NCBI GenBank assembly: GCA_038747035.1
Contig: JBCDKB010000003.1
Coordinates: forward strand, 1 to 56,713
Direction: 5' to 3'
DNA: 56,713 bases
From: Acidobacteriota bacterium
GTDB lineage: Bacteria; Acidobacteriota; Thermoanaerobaculia; Multivoradales; J023
In this document: piece by piece, positions 37,542-46,755 of the stretch
Position numbering within the stretch: position 1 is the stretch's first letter
Layout: each line of letters begins with the position of its first letter
Made by a program: the position numbers and the translations under genes
The notes under the pieces: model-generated
The model's database searches: none
What the model saw: only the letters and a program-made list of their open reading frames with translations
Told to the model about the DNA's origin: nothing

Positions 37542-39196
37542 TGCGCAGGCTGGCCACCCCGGCGGTGGCCCCGCCGCTGCTGCTGTGGCTGCTCCTCACC
37601 GCGGCGGCGCCGGCGGGGCTTGGGCCGGTGCCGGAGCCGGCCCTCGAGTCGCTGCCCGCGGCGGTCCAAGGGCAGCTGCGGGCTGCCCGAGCGGCGGCGG
37701 TGGAGTCGGGCGGAAACCCTGCGGCCGTGGCCGCCGCCTATGCTCGCCTCGGCAAGCTCTACCGGCTCTACGAGTTCCCGGAAGCGTCGGCGGCGGCCCT
37801 CGCCCACGCCGACGCCCTCGGCGCCGGCTGGGAGGTGATTTATCTCCGCGGCGTGCTCGCCCAGGAGGCGGGGCACTTCGAAGCGGCCGTCGGCTTCTTT
37901 GGTCAGGTGCTGGGTCAGCGCGTCGGCGACCTGCCGAGCTTGTTGCGTCGGGGCGAGTGCTTGCTGAGACTCCGGCGGCTCGACGGGGCGCTCCGGGATT
38001 TCGAGCGCGCATCGGCCCTCGGTCCCGCATCGGCCTCCGCCCATTTCGGCCTCGGCCGCGTCCGATCGGCGCGTGGCGACTTCGCCGGCGCGGCCTCGAG
38101 CTTCAAGCGGACTCTGGAGCTTCAGCCCCACGCCGACGCGGTCTTCCATCCCCTGGCGCGGGTGACTCGCAAGCTCGGCGACCTCGCCGGCGCCCGGCGG
38201 TGGCTTGAACGGGCGGGGGACTCGCGCCCCGTCCTCGACGATCCGGTGATGGCGGCGCTGGTCTCGGAGAGCGTCGTCGCCCGGACCTTTCTGCTGCAAG
38301 GGGACCGGGCGCGGCGCCGGGGCCTCCACGGTGCGGCCATGGATTTTTACCGCCGCGCCCTCGAGCTCGACCCCGAGGACGCCGGCGTCCACTACAACGT
38401 GGGCACTTTGTATGCCGAGCTCGGCGACCTCGCCGCCGCCGAGCTCCACTTCCGCGCCGCCCTGGAGCACGACCCCGGGCGGGCGGATGCGGCCTATAAC
38501 CTCGCCGTTGGCCTGCGGGCACGCGGCGACCTCACGGGCGCCGTGGCGGCCTTTGAACGGGCCGTGCGGCTGGAGGCGGAGAGTCCAGAAGCGCGTCTCG
38601 AGCTCGCCGCGACGCTCTACGCGACGGGGGATCGCGAACGGGCGACCGCCGAGCTCGGGCGGGTCCTCGAGCTGCCGCGCGACGCGGCGCTCTCGCTGCG
38701 TCTTTATCGCTACCGCCGCGCCATGGCCGATGCCGCCGGCGCACAAGCCGGGCTGCGGGCGGACGCTGAGCGCTATCCGGAAGACGCGGCGCTGCGCCTC
38801 GAGCTGGCCCGGGTTGAAGTCAACGCCCCGTCGCGTTCCGCTGAAGGACTGGGGGAAGCGGTCCGGCATTTCGAAGCGGCGCGGCGCTCCGCCGGTGATT
38901 CGGAGGTCGTGGCGGCGGCGACCCTCGGCCTGGCGCGCGCCTTGGCGACGGCTCCGCCGCCGCTGCGGGACGGGGCCCGGGCGCTAGCGCTCGCAGGGGA
39001 CGTGCCCGAAGGCGTCGCGCGGCGCGAAGTGTTGGCCTTGGCCCACGCCGCCTCAGGCGAATTCGAGGAGGCGGCCCGGAGACAAGCGGCGCTACTGGCG
39101 GAGCTGGCGGCTTCGGGTGCCGAGGCGCCGATTCTTGCGCGCCTCCAAGGAAACCTGCGGCGATTCCAAAATGGGGAGGTCGGTCGGTGGCCTTAG
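37541..39196 (+). CDS. Secreted tetratricopeptide repeat protein, paralogous to 33517-35802
   Basis: GTG overlaps the upstream TAG; TPRs; shared motifs (DLPSLLR vs NLPAVLR, DPVM vs DPLM, LALAHAASGEFEEA). Confidence 0.85.
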   Translation: MRRLATPAVAPPLLLWLLLTAAAPAGLGPVPEPALESLPAAVQGQLRAARAAAVESGGNPAAVAAAYARLGKLYRLYEFPEASAAALAHADALGAGWEVIYLRGVLAQEAGHFEAAVGFFGQVLGQRVGDLPSLLRRGECLLRLRRLDGALRDFERASALGPASASAHFGLGRVRSARGDFAGAASSFKRTLELQPHADAVFHPLARVTRKLGDLAGARRWLERAGDSRPVLDDPVMAALVSESVVARTFLLQGDRARRRGLHGAAMDFYRRALELDPEDAGVHYNVGTLYAELGDLAAAELHFRAALEHDPGRADAAYNLAVGLRARGDLTGAVAAFERAVRLEAESPEARLELAATLYATGDRERATAELGRVLELPRDAALSLRLYRYRRAMADAAGAQAGLRADAERYPEDAALRLELARVEVNAPSRSAEGLGEAVRHFEAARRSAGDSEVVAAATLGLARALATAPPPLRDGARALALAGDVPEGVARREVLALAHAASGEFEEAARRQAALLAELAASGAEAPILARLQGNLRRFQNGEVGRWP

Positions 39197-39427
39197 CTCC
39201 GGAGGTCATCGATCTTGTGGCGCGGCGGGCGCCGCGAGCTGCCGCTGCGCTGCGGATATCCGGCGTTTCCGCTAGAATTTAGGCTTCCAAGGGCGTTCGG
39301 GCCTCCCTTCCACGCCCATCCCACTGAGATCGCCAACGCCCGGAAGTCGCCCGCGCCCCTCGCGGCGAGGGCTCCAGGGCTGCGTCCCGTTTATCGATAG
39401 ACCGACCCGACGTCGAGGACCCGCGCC

Positions 39428-42400
39428 ATGTCTGCCCACGACGCTTCGCCGTACCAGCCCAGTCACCCGATCCGCATCGTGACGTCCACCGCCCTTTTCG
39501 ACGGGCATGACGCCTCCATCAACCTCATGCGTCGCTTGATGCAGGCGACCGGCGTCGAGGTCGTGCACCTCGGCCACAACCGCAGCGTCGACGACATCGT
39601 GCGCGCGGCGCTGCAAGAGGATGCCCAAGGCGTCGCGGTGACCTCGTACCAGGGCGGGCATATGGAGTTCTTCCAGTACCTGCGCGAGCGCCTCGACGAG
39701 GTCGGCCTGAACCACGTGCGCATCTTCGGCGGCGGCGGCGGCACCATCGTGCCGCGGGAGATCGACGAGCTGCACGCCGCGAAGATCGACAAGATCTTCT
39801 CGCCGGAGGACGGCCGCAATCTCGGCCTCCAGGGCATGATCAACCAGGTTGTTGAAGGCTGCGACTTTCCGGTTCAGTCCCTCGAAGTCTCGGTCAACGG
39901 CGGCTGGCAGCATACGGCCCGGGCGATCACCCGGGCCGAACTCGGCTCGACGTCGGAAGCGCCGGAGGCCTCGGCCGACGGCGAGTCCCGTCGGGCGCCG
40001 GTGCTCGGCATCACCGGCACCGGCGGCGCCGGCAAATCGTCGCTCACCGACGAGCTGGTGCGTCGATTCCTGGTCGACTTTAGAGACAAGACGATCGGCG
40101 TGGTCTGCGCCGATCCGACCCGACGCAAGACCGGCGGCGCCCTGCTCGGCGACCGGATTCGCTTCAACTCACTGCGCAATTCCCGCGTCTTCATGCGCTC
40201 CGTCGCCACCCGCGGCGCCTCCGGGGAGGTCTCCGAATCGATCGACGAGATCCTCGACGTGATGCGTGACGACTTCGATTTCGTGATCCTCGAAACCGCC
40301 GGCATCGGACAGGCCGACGCCCGCGTCACCGAGCTCTGCGACCTGGCGCTCTACGTGATGACCAGCGAATACGGCGCACCGTCGCAGCTCGAAAAAATCG
40401 AGATGCTCGACTACGCCGACCTGGTGGCGATCAACAAATACACCCGCCGGGGGAGCGAAGACGCCCTGCGTGACGTCCGGCGCCAGTACCAGCGCAACCA
40501 CCTGCTGTGGGATACGCCGGTCGAGAAGCTGCCGATCTTCGGGACCAGCGCCGCCCACTTCAACGACACCGGCGTCAATGCGCTCTACGCCCACCTGGTC
40601 GCCACGGTGAATGCCAAGCTGAATCTGGACTGGACGTCGAGATTCACCGCCGACGACAGCCGGACCACCGACAGCGCCCGGGCGATCATCCCCTCGGGCC
40701 GGGAGCGCTACCTGTCCGAAGTGGCCGAAGCGTGCCGTGAGTACCGTCGGTGGCTGGAAGAGCAGGTGGACGCGGCGGCCGAGGTCGAAGGTGTGCGCAT
40801 CGCCCTCGCCGTGCTCGGCGCCGAGGTCGGCGAAGGCTGGGGGCCGTTGGGAGAGCTCGGCGGCGAGGGCCGGCGCGGCCAGGCGATCGCCGAGCTGGCG
40901 GCGGAGCACGACCGCCTGCTTGAGCGCGTGACCCCGGAGAATCGTCGCCTGCTCGCCGGCTGGCGGGAGTGGGACGCGGCCTACCGCGCCGAGCGCTACG
41001 TCTACCAGGTGCGCGGTCGCGACATCGAAGTGGCGAACTTCCGCGAGACCCTCTCCGGCACCCAGGTGCCGAAGGTCGCGCGGCCCAGCTTCCGGTCCGC
41101 GGCGGAGAAGCTGCGCTGGCGTCTACTCGAGAATGCCCCGGGGAGCTTTCCGTTCACATCGGGGGTCTTCCCGTTCAAGCGCGAGGCGGAAGACCCGACC
41201 CGCATGTTCGCCGGCGAAGGGACATCAGAGCGGACCAACGAACGCTTCCACTACCTGGCGGCGGATCAGCCGGCCAAGCGTCTGTCGACGGCCTTCGATG
41301 CCCTCACCCTCTACGGCGAAGATCCGGGAATCCGGCCCGATATTTACGGCAAGATCGGTGAAAGCGGCGTCGCCATCTTCACGGTGGAGGAGGCCGAGCA
41401 GCTTTACGCCGGCTTCGACCTCTGCGCCCGCACGACGTCGGTCTCGATGACCATCAACGGCCCCGCGCCGACGCTGCTCGCCTTCTTCATGAACGCGGCG
41501 ATCCGTCAGCAGTGTCGCCGTTTCCTGCGCACCGAAGGCCGCCTCGACATCACCGAAGAGCAAGAGCTGCAGCCCGACGCCCGTCGGGGGTCGTCGTGGG
41601 ACGCCGTGCGCGGGCTGCTGACCGACGGGGAATACGCCGAGGTCGCGTCCCAGACGCTGAAGCAGGTCCGCGGCACGGTGCAGGCGGACATTCTGAAAGA
41701 AGACCAGGGTCAGAACACCTGCATTTTCTCCACCGAGTTCGCCCTGCGCGCCATGGGTGACGTGCAGCAGTACTTCATCGACCACGGGGTGCGTAACTTC
41801 TACAGCGTCTCGATCTCGGGGTACCACATTGCGGAGGCGGGGGCGAACCCCATCCACCAGCTCGCCTTCACGCTCGCCAACGGCTTTACCTACCTCGAGT
41901 ACTACTTGGCGCGCGGCATGGACATCAACGCCTTTGCGCCGAATCTCAGCTTCTTTTTCTCCAACGGCATGGACGCCGAATACACGGTGATCGGCCGCGT
42001 CGCCCGGCGGATCTGGTCGGTGGCGCTGCGCGACAAGTACGGCGCCGACGAGCGGGCCCAAAAGCTGAAGTACCACATCCAGACGAGCGGCCGCAGTCTG
42101 CACGCCATGGAGATCCAGTTCAACGATATCCGCACGACCCTGCAGGCGCTGCTGGCCACCTATGACAACGCCCAGTCGCTGCACACCAATGCCTACGATG
42201 AAGCGATCACCACGCCGACCGAAGAATCGGTGCGACGGGCGATGGCCATCCAGCTGATCATCGGCAAGGAATTCGGCATGGTGATGTGCGAGAACGCGAC
42301 GCAGGGTAGCTTCCTGGTCGAGGAGCTCACGGATCTGGTTGAGGAAGCCGTGCTGCAGGAGCTCGATCGGATCTCCGAGCGCGGCGGCGTTCTGGGCGCG

Positions 42401-42775
42401 ATGGAATTGCAGTACCAGCGCGGTGAGATCCAAGGCGACTCCATGAAGTACGAGCACCTGAAGCACTCGGGCGAGCTACCGATCGTCGGCGTGAACACTT
42501 TCCTGCCCAAATCGGCAGAGGCCGCGTCGATTCCCCGCGGATTGGACATTACCCGGGCGACGCCGGAAGAAAAGCACGAGTGCATCCGTCGTTTGGAGGA
42601 CTTCCACCGTCGCCACGAAGGGCACGCCGCAGAAGCGCTCAACGCCCTACAGCAGGCCGCGCTCGACGGCTCGAATCTCTTCGAGAAGCTGCTCGAAGCC
42701 ACCCGGGTGTGCTCGCTCGGACAGATCACCGGCGCCCTCTACGAAGTCGGCGGCGAGTACCGTCGTAACCTCTGA
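39428..42775 (+). CDS. icmF: Fused isobutyryl-CoA mutase / MeaB-like GTPase
   Basis: B12-binding DGHD and SYQGGH; GTGGAGKSS, LLGDRIR, ETAGIGQ; mutase domain RMFAGEG, RGTVQADILKEDQ, HIQTSGRSL, SLHTNAYDEA; 1115 aa. Confidence 0.96.
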   Translation: MSAHDASPYQPSHPIRIVTSTALFDGHDASINLMRRLMQATGVEVVHLGHNRSVDDIVRAALQEDAQGVAVTSYQGGHMEFFQYLRERLDEVGLNHVRIFGGGGGTIVPREIDELHAAKIDKIFSPEDGRNLGLQGMINQVVEGCDFPVQSLEVSVNGGWQHTARAITRAELGSTSEAPEASADGESRRAPVLGITGTGGAGKSSLTDELVRRFLVDFRDKTIGVVCADPTRRKTGGALLGDRIRFNSLRNSRVFMRSVATRGASGEVSESIDEILDVMRDDFDFVILETAGIGQADARVTELCDLALYVMTSEYGAPSQLEKIEMLDYADLVAINKYTRRGSEDALRDVRRQYQRNHLLWDTPVEKLPIFGTSAAHFNDTGVNALYAHLVATVNAKLNLDWTSRFTADDSRTTDSARAIIPSGRERYLSEVAEACREYRRWLEEQVDAAAEVEGVRIALAVLGAEVGEGWGPLGELGGEGRRGQAIAELAAEHDRLLERVTPENRRLLAGWREWDAAYRAERYVYQVRGRDIEVANFRETLSGTQVPKVARPSFRSAAEKLRWRLLENAPGSFPFTSGVFPFKREAEDPTRMFAGEGTSERTNERFHYLAADQPAKRLSTAFDALTLYGEDPGIRPDIYGKIGESGVAIFTVEEAEQLYAGFDLCARTTSVSMTINGPAPTLLAFFMNAAIRQQCRRFLRTEGRLDITEEQELQPDARRGSSWDAVRGLLTDGEYAEVASQTLKQVRGTVQADILKEDQGQNTCIFSTEFALRAMGDVQQYFIDHGVRNFYSVSISGYHIAEAGANPIHQLAFTLANGFTYLEYYLARGMDINAFAPNLSFFFSNGMDAEYTVIGRVARRIWSVALRDKYGADERAQKLKYHIQTSGRSLHAMEIQFNDIRTTLQALLATYDNAQSLHTNAYDEAITTPTEESVRRAMAIQLIIGKEFGMVMCENATQGSFLVEELTDLVEEAVLQELDRISERGGVLGAMELQYQRGEIQGDSMKYEHLKHSGELPIVGVNTFLPKSAEAASIPRGLDITRATPEEKHECIRRLEDFHRRHEGHAAEALNALQQAALDGSNLFEKLLEATRVCSLGQITGALYEVGGEYRRNL

Positions 42776-42939
42776 TCGGAGACGTAGCGGGGGCCGATAA
42801 CCCTCGCTGCGGCAACGGCTTCGGTCGGTTGACTCCGTTCAGGGGGAGTGTTAGCGTCCCGAAGTTAGCGCAAAGAAAAGACTTTCGAAGATCAGCAGCA
42901 GCGGTCCCGGGTTGCCTCGGGGAAAGAGACGGAGCGAAC

Positions 42940-44226
42940 ATGGCCAAGACGATCTTGCTCGCCGACGACAGTATGACCATCCAGAAGGTCGTCGAGTTGA
43001 CTTTCATGGATCAGGACTACCAAGTCGTGGCGGTCAGCGACGGCGAGACGGCAATCTCCCGCCTCGCTGAAGTCAATCCTGACCTGGTCATCGCCGACGT
43101 CCACATGCCAGGGGCCAGCGGCTACGATGTGTGTCGGCACACGAAGGCGGAGCGCCCCGGAATTCCGGTGCTCTTGCTGGTCGGCACCTTCGAGCAATTC
43201 GATGAAGACGCCGCCCGCGGCGTCGGCGCCGACGGCGATTTGAAGAAGCCTTTCGATTCCCAAGAGCTCCTCGGCCAGGTCGAAACGCTGCTCGCCGCCG
43301 CGGCCCCGGCGCCGAAGGCGGTCGATGACCCTTCTTTTGCGACCCAGGATCTGCCGGTCGCGTCTTCTCCGGCGGTCGATCTATCGGCGACGGCGCCGGG
43401 TGCCGAGTTCGCAGAGCCTACCCCGAGCTTCGCGTCACCCGAGGCCGCTCCGAGCTTTGCGCCGTCCGAGGCCGCCCCGAGCTTCGCGTCTCCTGAGGCC
43501 GCTCCGAGCTTTGCGCCGGCCGAGTCTGCCCCGAGCTTCGCGTCACCCGAGCCTGCCTCGAGCTTCGCGCCGGCCGAGCCTGCCCCGAGCTTCGCGTCGG
43601 CCGAGCCTGCCCCGAGCTTCGCGTCGGCCGAGTCTGCCCCGAGCTTCGCGTCGGCCGAGGCTGCCCCGAGCTTCGCGTCGGCCGAGCCTGCTCCGGCCGC
43701 CGATTTCGCGACCCCAGCGCCGAGTTTTGAAATGGCGCCCGACTCCGCGCCGGCGCCGTCGGGTGATTTCGCCACTCCGCAAGCGGCCCCGGAAACGGTC
43801 TACGCTCCGGAGCTCGCGACGGCCCAGGAAGTGGATCCGCCGACCGCTTCGCCGGGCACCGTTTCGACCCAGCTCATCGCGACCCAGACCCCGGACGAAG
43901 AGCCGCTCGCCGCAGAGACAGCACCCGCTGAAGCGACGCCCGCCCCGGAGCCGGATCCGATCGCGGCGGCGCCCGCGGGCGATGCACCGTCCATCGACGC
44001 CAACGCGGTGACCCGGCCGATGGCGGCGCGACAGCCGGGCGGTGAGGAAGAAACATCGCTCGGCAGCCTTTCCGACGCCGATGTCGATCGCATTGCCCGC
44101 CGGGTCGTCGAATTGCTCGCCGACGCCAAGGTCCAGGACGTGGCGTGGGAAGTGGTCCCGGATCTGGCGGAAGTGCTGATCAAAGAGCGTATCCAGGAGC
44201 TCGAGAGCCAAGTCGAGTCGGCTTAA
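42940..44226 (+). CDS. RomR-like response regulator (receiver domain, Pro/Ala-rich linker, conserved acidic C-terminal helix)
   Basis: GGAG RBS; LLADDS, ADVHMPG, LLVGTFEQFD, KPFDSQEL; C-terminal VAWEVVPDLAEVLIKERIQELE. Confidence 0.85.
   Translation: MAKTILLADDSMTIQKVVELTFMDQDYQVVAVSDGETAISRLAEVNPDLVIADVHMPGASGYDVCRHTKAERPGIPVLLLVGTFEQFDEDAARGVGADGDLKKPFDSQELLGQVETLLAAAAPAPKAVDDPSFATQDLPVASSPAVDLSATAPGAEFAEPTPSFASPEAAPSFAPSEAAPSFASPEAAPSFAPAESAPSFASPEPASSFAPAEPAPSFASAEPAPSFASAESAPSFASAEAAPSFASAEPAPAADFATPAPSFEMAPDSAPAPSGDFATPQAAPETVYAPELATAQEVDPPTASPGTVSTQLIATQTPDEEPLAAETAPAEATPAPEPDPIAAAPAGDAPSIDANAVTRPMAARQPGGEEETSLGSLSDADVDRIARRVVELLADAKVQDVAWEVVPDLAEVLIKERIQELESQVESA
43423..43692 (+). 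repeat. 10 x 27-nt coding tandem repeat (PSFASAEPA-type nonapeptide)
   Basis: Consensus CCGAGCTTCGCGTCGGCCGAGCCTGCC; 10 consecutive units counted in both DNA and protein. Confidence 0.95.
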
Positions 44227-44261
44227 GCCGGCGCGCGGGAGACCTGTCTTCGGTGCCCACC

Positions 44262-45059
44262 ATGGCATTCGATACATTCTGGACGGAGCTCAAGGGCCTG
44301 CGGGCTGCCCGCGGGCGCCGCGTGGAAAACTTGATTGCGTGGCGTCGGACGCCGAGTAGCCATCAAACCGCGCGGCGTTTGATTGAGGAATACGGCTCGG
44401 AAGAGTCGATGCCACCGCGCATCGACATCGTGGCCTTCGAGCAGACCGCAGGCCGGGGCCGCGAAGACCGCCCGTGGTCGTCGCCCGCGGAAGCGGGGCT
44501 CTATGCGAGCTTGGTGCGGCCCGTGTCCTCTGCAGCGGTGCCATATCTGCCGCTACTCGTGCCGGTGGCGCTCACCGAAACCCTGGCGGCCGAGACCGGG
44601 GGGCGCTGCCGCATCAAGTGGCCCAATGACCTCGTCGTGGAAGGCAAGAAGCTGGCCGGTATTTTGATCGACGCCAAGGCCCAGGGGGACCAGCACGCGG
44701 CGGTGATCAGCTTCGGTATCAACGTGACGGCCGATGTTGATCGCTTCGGCCAGGCCAACGCGACGTCGCTCGGGGTCTTCGCAGAGCCGCGTTCGCTGGC
44801 GACCCTTTTCGAAGACACCATCGACGCCGTTGACGCTGCACTCTCCGCGGCGCCCGAACCGTCTCTCTTCGACCGCTACCGGTCTCTTTCCCAGCATCGG
44901 GACGGTGACCGCCTGCGCTGGCGGCAGGGCGAGGAGAACGTCGAGGGTTTTTTCCGGGGCTTCGAGCCCGACGGGCGCCTGCGCCTCGAGGTCAACGGCG
45001 AGGTGACGCGCGTGGCCGCCGGAACGCTGCTCGAGGCGGGCGACCGTGCCGGCGGCTAA
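44262..45059 (+). CDS. birA: Biotin-protein ligase (no N-terminal HTH)
   Basis: QTAGRGR, W.SP, IKWPND, KKLAGIL, FGINV. Confidence 0.9.
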   Translation: MAFDTFWTELKGLRAARGRRVENLIAWRRTPSSHQTARRLIEEYGSEESMPPRIDIVAFEQTAGRGREDRPWSSPAEAGLYASLVRPVSSAAVPYLPLLVPVALTETLAAETGGRCRIKWPNDLVVEGKKLAGILIDAKAQGDQHAAVISFGINVTADVDRFGQANATSLGVFAEPRSLATLFEDTIDAVDAALSAAPEPSLFDRYRSLSQHRDGDRLRWRQGEENVEGFFRGFEPDGRLRLEVNGEVTRVAAGTLLEAGDRAGG

Positions 45060-45849
45060 AGCCGCGGCGGGGCAGGTCGTCCTTTTCGACGTCGGCAATA
45101 CCCATACCGTCGTCGGCCTGATGCGGGACGGTGAGCTGGTCCACCACCTCCGGCTCGCGACGGATGGGCAGCGGACGCCCGATGAGTATGCGGCGCTGTT
45201 GCTGCCCCTCTTTCAGCGCCTCGGCGTTGATAGCGGCGAGACCCGCGGCTGTGCCATCTCTTCGGTGGTGCCGCCGCTGAAGTCGACGTTGTCCCGGCTG
45301 GCGCGCGATCTCTTCAATGTTGATCCGCTTTTTGTCGAACCTGGCATCAAGACCGGCATGCCCATCCGTTCCGACAACCCTTCCGCGGTTGGGGCGGACC
45401 GTATTGTCAATGCCCTGGCGGCGCTCCACCGGTACGGCGCGCCGGTGGCGGTGGTGGACCTCGGGACGGCGACCACATTCGACGTGGTCAACGCCGCGGG
45501 GCAATACGTCGGAGGCATCATCGCGCCGGGCATCGGGATCTCGGCGGAGGCGCTCTTCGCCCAGGCTTCCAAACTTTCGCGGGTCGATCTGCGCCGGCCG
45601 GAAGAGCTCATCGGGCGCAGCACCAGCGCCGCCATCCGGTCGGGTATCTACTACGGATCGGTGGCCATGGTCGACGGCATCCTCGAGCGGCTCTGTGACC
45701 ACGTCCCCGGCCTGGAGATGGTGGTCTGCACCGGCGGACAAGCCCAGCTGATCGCCGAGGCCTCCGCCTATATCCGTGAAGTGGACGAAATGTTGACGCT
45801 CTATGGCCTGAAGCTCATCTACGAGCGGAATCAGCCCCGTGAGCGCTGA
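45046..45849 (+). CDS. coaX: Type III pantothenate kinase
   Basis: DVGNT, SSVVP, GADR, VDLGTATTFD, GGIIAPG, TGG. Confidence 0.95.
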   Translation: MPAAKAAAGQVVLFDVGNTHTVVGLMRDGELVHHLRLATDGQRTPDEYAALLLPLFQRLGVDSGETRGCAISSVVPPLKSTLSRLARDLFNVDPLFVEPGIKTGMPIRSDNPSAVGADRIVNALAALHRYGAPVAVVDLGTATTFDVVNAAGQYVGGIIAPGIGISAEALFAQASKLSRVDLRRPEELIGRSTSAAIRSGIYYGSVAMVDGILERLCDHVPGLEMVVCTGGQAQLIAEASAYIREVDEMLTLYGLKLIYERNQPRER

Positions 45850-46561
45850 CGCCACCACCGCCGGGGGATTCTTCGAACGATCGCCCGAACGGGCCTATTT
45901 CCAGGCGCTCGAAGCGGTGATGATCAAACACCGGGGTGCGCCATTCCAGCTGTCCCCGGATGACTGGCACCTTTCCAAGCACTGGCTGGCCGAGGGGATT
46001 CCCTTGGATCTGGTGGACGAAGCGATCGGTGCGGTCGTCGAAAGGCGGCGGGAGAAGGATCGGGAGATCCCCCGCCGCCTGACCTTCTATCGTCAGGCCG
46101 TCGAGGCGGCGTGGAAGCGCGTCGGGGCGCTCTCCGCCCCGGGAATCCGCCGCGAGGCGCCGGCCTTCGACCTCGAAGGCCGCCTGCGTAACCTCGCCTC
46201 GGCGGTCGAGAAGGCGGGCGCGGGCCGTCCCGCCATCGTCGCCCTAGCCCGGCGCATCACGGACGCCGCCCGGGACGCCGCCGGCGACCTCGAATCGGTG
46301 GAAGCGGTCCTAGGGACTTTGGATGGAGAGCTGCTCGCCGCCGCGCAGTCGGACCTCGAGCCCCAGGTCGCCGGTGAAATCGACCGGGCCGTTGCGCGAT
46401 CGATGCAGACGCACGCCGATCGTTCGCCGGAGCCCCCGTCTGCGGATTTGGCGCGACGGATCCGGGCGACGGTGGTCCGCGAAACTTTATCGCTGCCTGT
46501 ACTTTCGCTCTTTTCTCCGGAAGCGGCCGATGAGGGCGGCGAACCCTCAGACGCTCCTTGA
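45839..46561 (+). CDS. Conserved hypothetical helical protein
   Basis: Overlaps the coaX stop; typical codon usage; RGAPFQLSPDDW...W...GIPL and LPVLSLF motifs. Confidence 0.72.
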   Translation: MSADATTAGGFFERSPERAYFQALEAVMIKHRGAPFQLSPDDWHLSKHWLAEGIPLDLVDEAIGAVVERRREKDREIPRRLTFYRQAVEAAWKRVGALSAPGIRREAPAFDLEGRLRNLASAVEKAGAGRPAIVALARRITDAARDAAGDLESVEAVLGTLDGELLAAAQSDLEPQVAGEIDRAVARSMQTHADRSPEPPSADLARRIRATVVRETLSLPVLSLFSPEAADEGGEPSDAP

Positions 46562-46755
46562 CCCCAACCCGGGGCTCTTCTTACAATTGGGTACTGTTTG
46601 ACAGTCACGCACCGGCAGCTCTTAAGCCCTCGCCCCGTTAGCGCGCCCGTATTTCCGGCCTCGGCGCTGCGCGGCACACGCTGTCGGACTGACGGCAAAC
46701 GCACACCCCGCGAACACGATTTGGTGACCAGGGACACTTACAAAGTCGCCCAGCC

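Noticed and set aside
39197-39427. Cobalamin riboswitch upstream of icmF
   Set aside because: CCACTG and GGAAG fragments occur, but the conserved GGGAA..GGTG..AATCC core is missing.
43423-43692. Possible CRISPR array
   Set aside because: The units are contiguous with no unique spacers, lie in frame within a CDS, and no cas genes are present.
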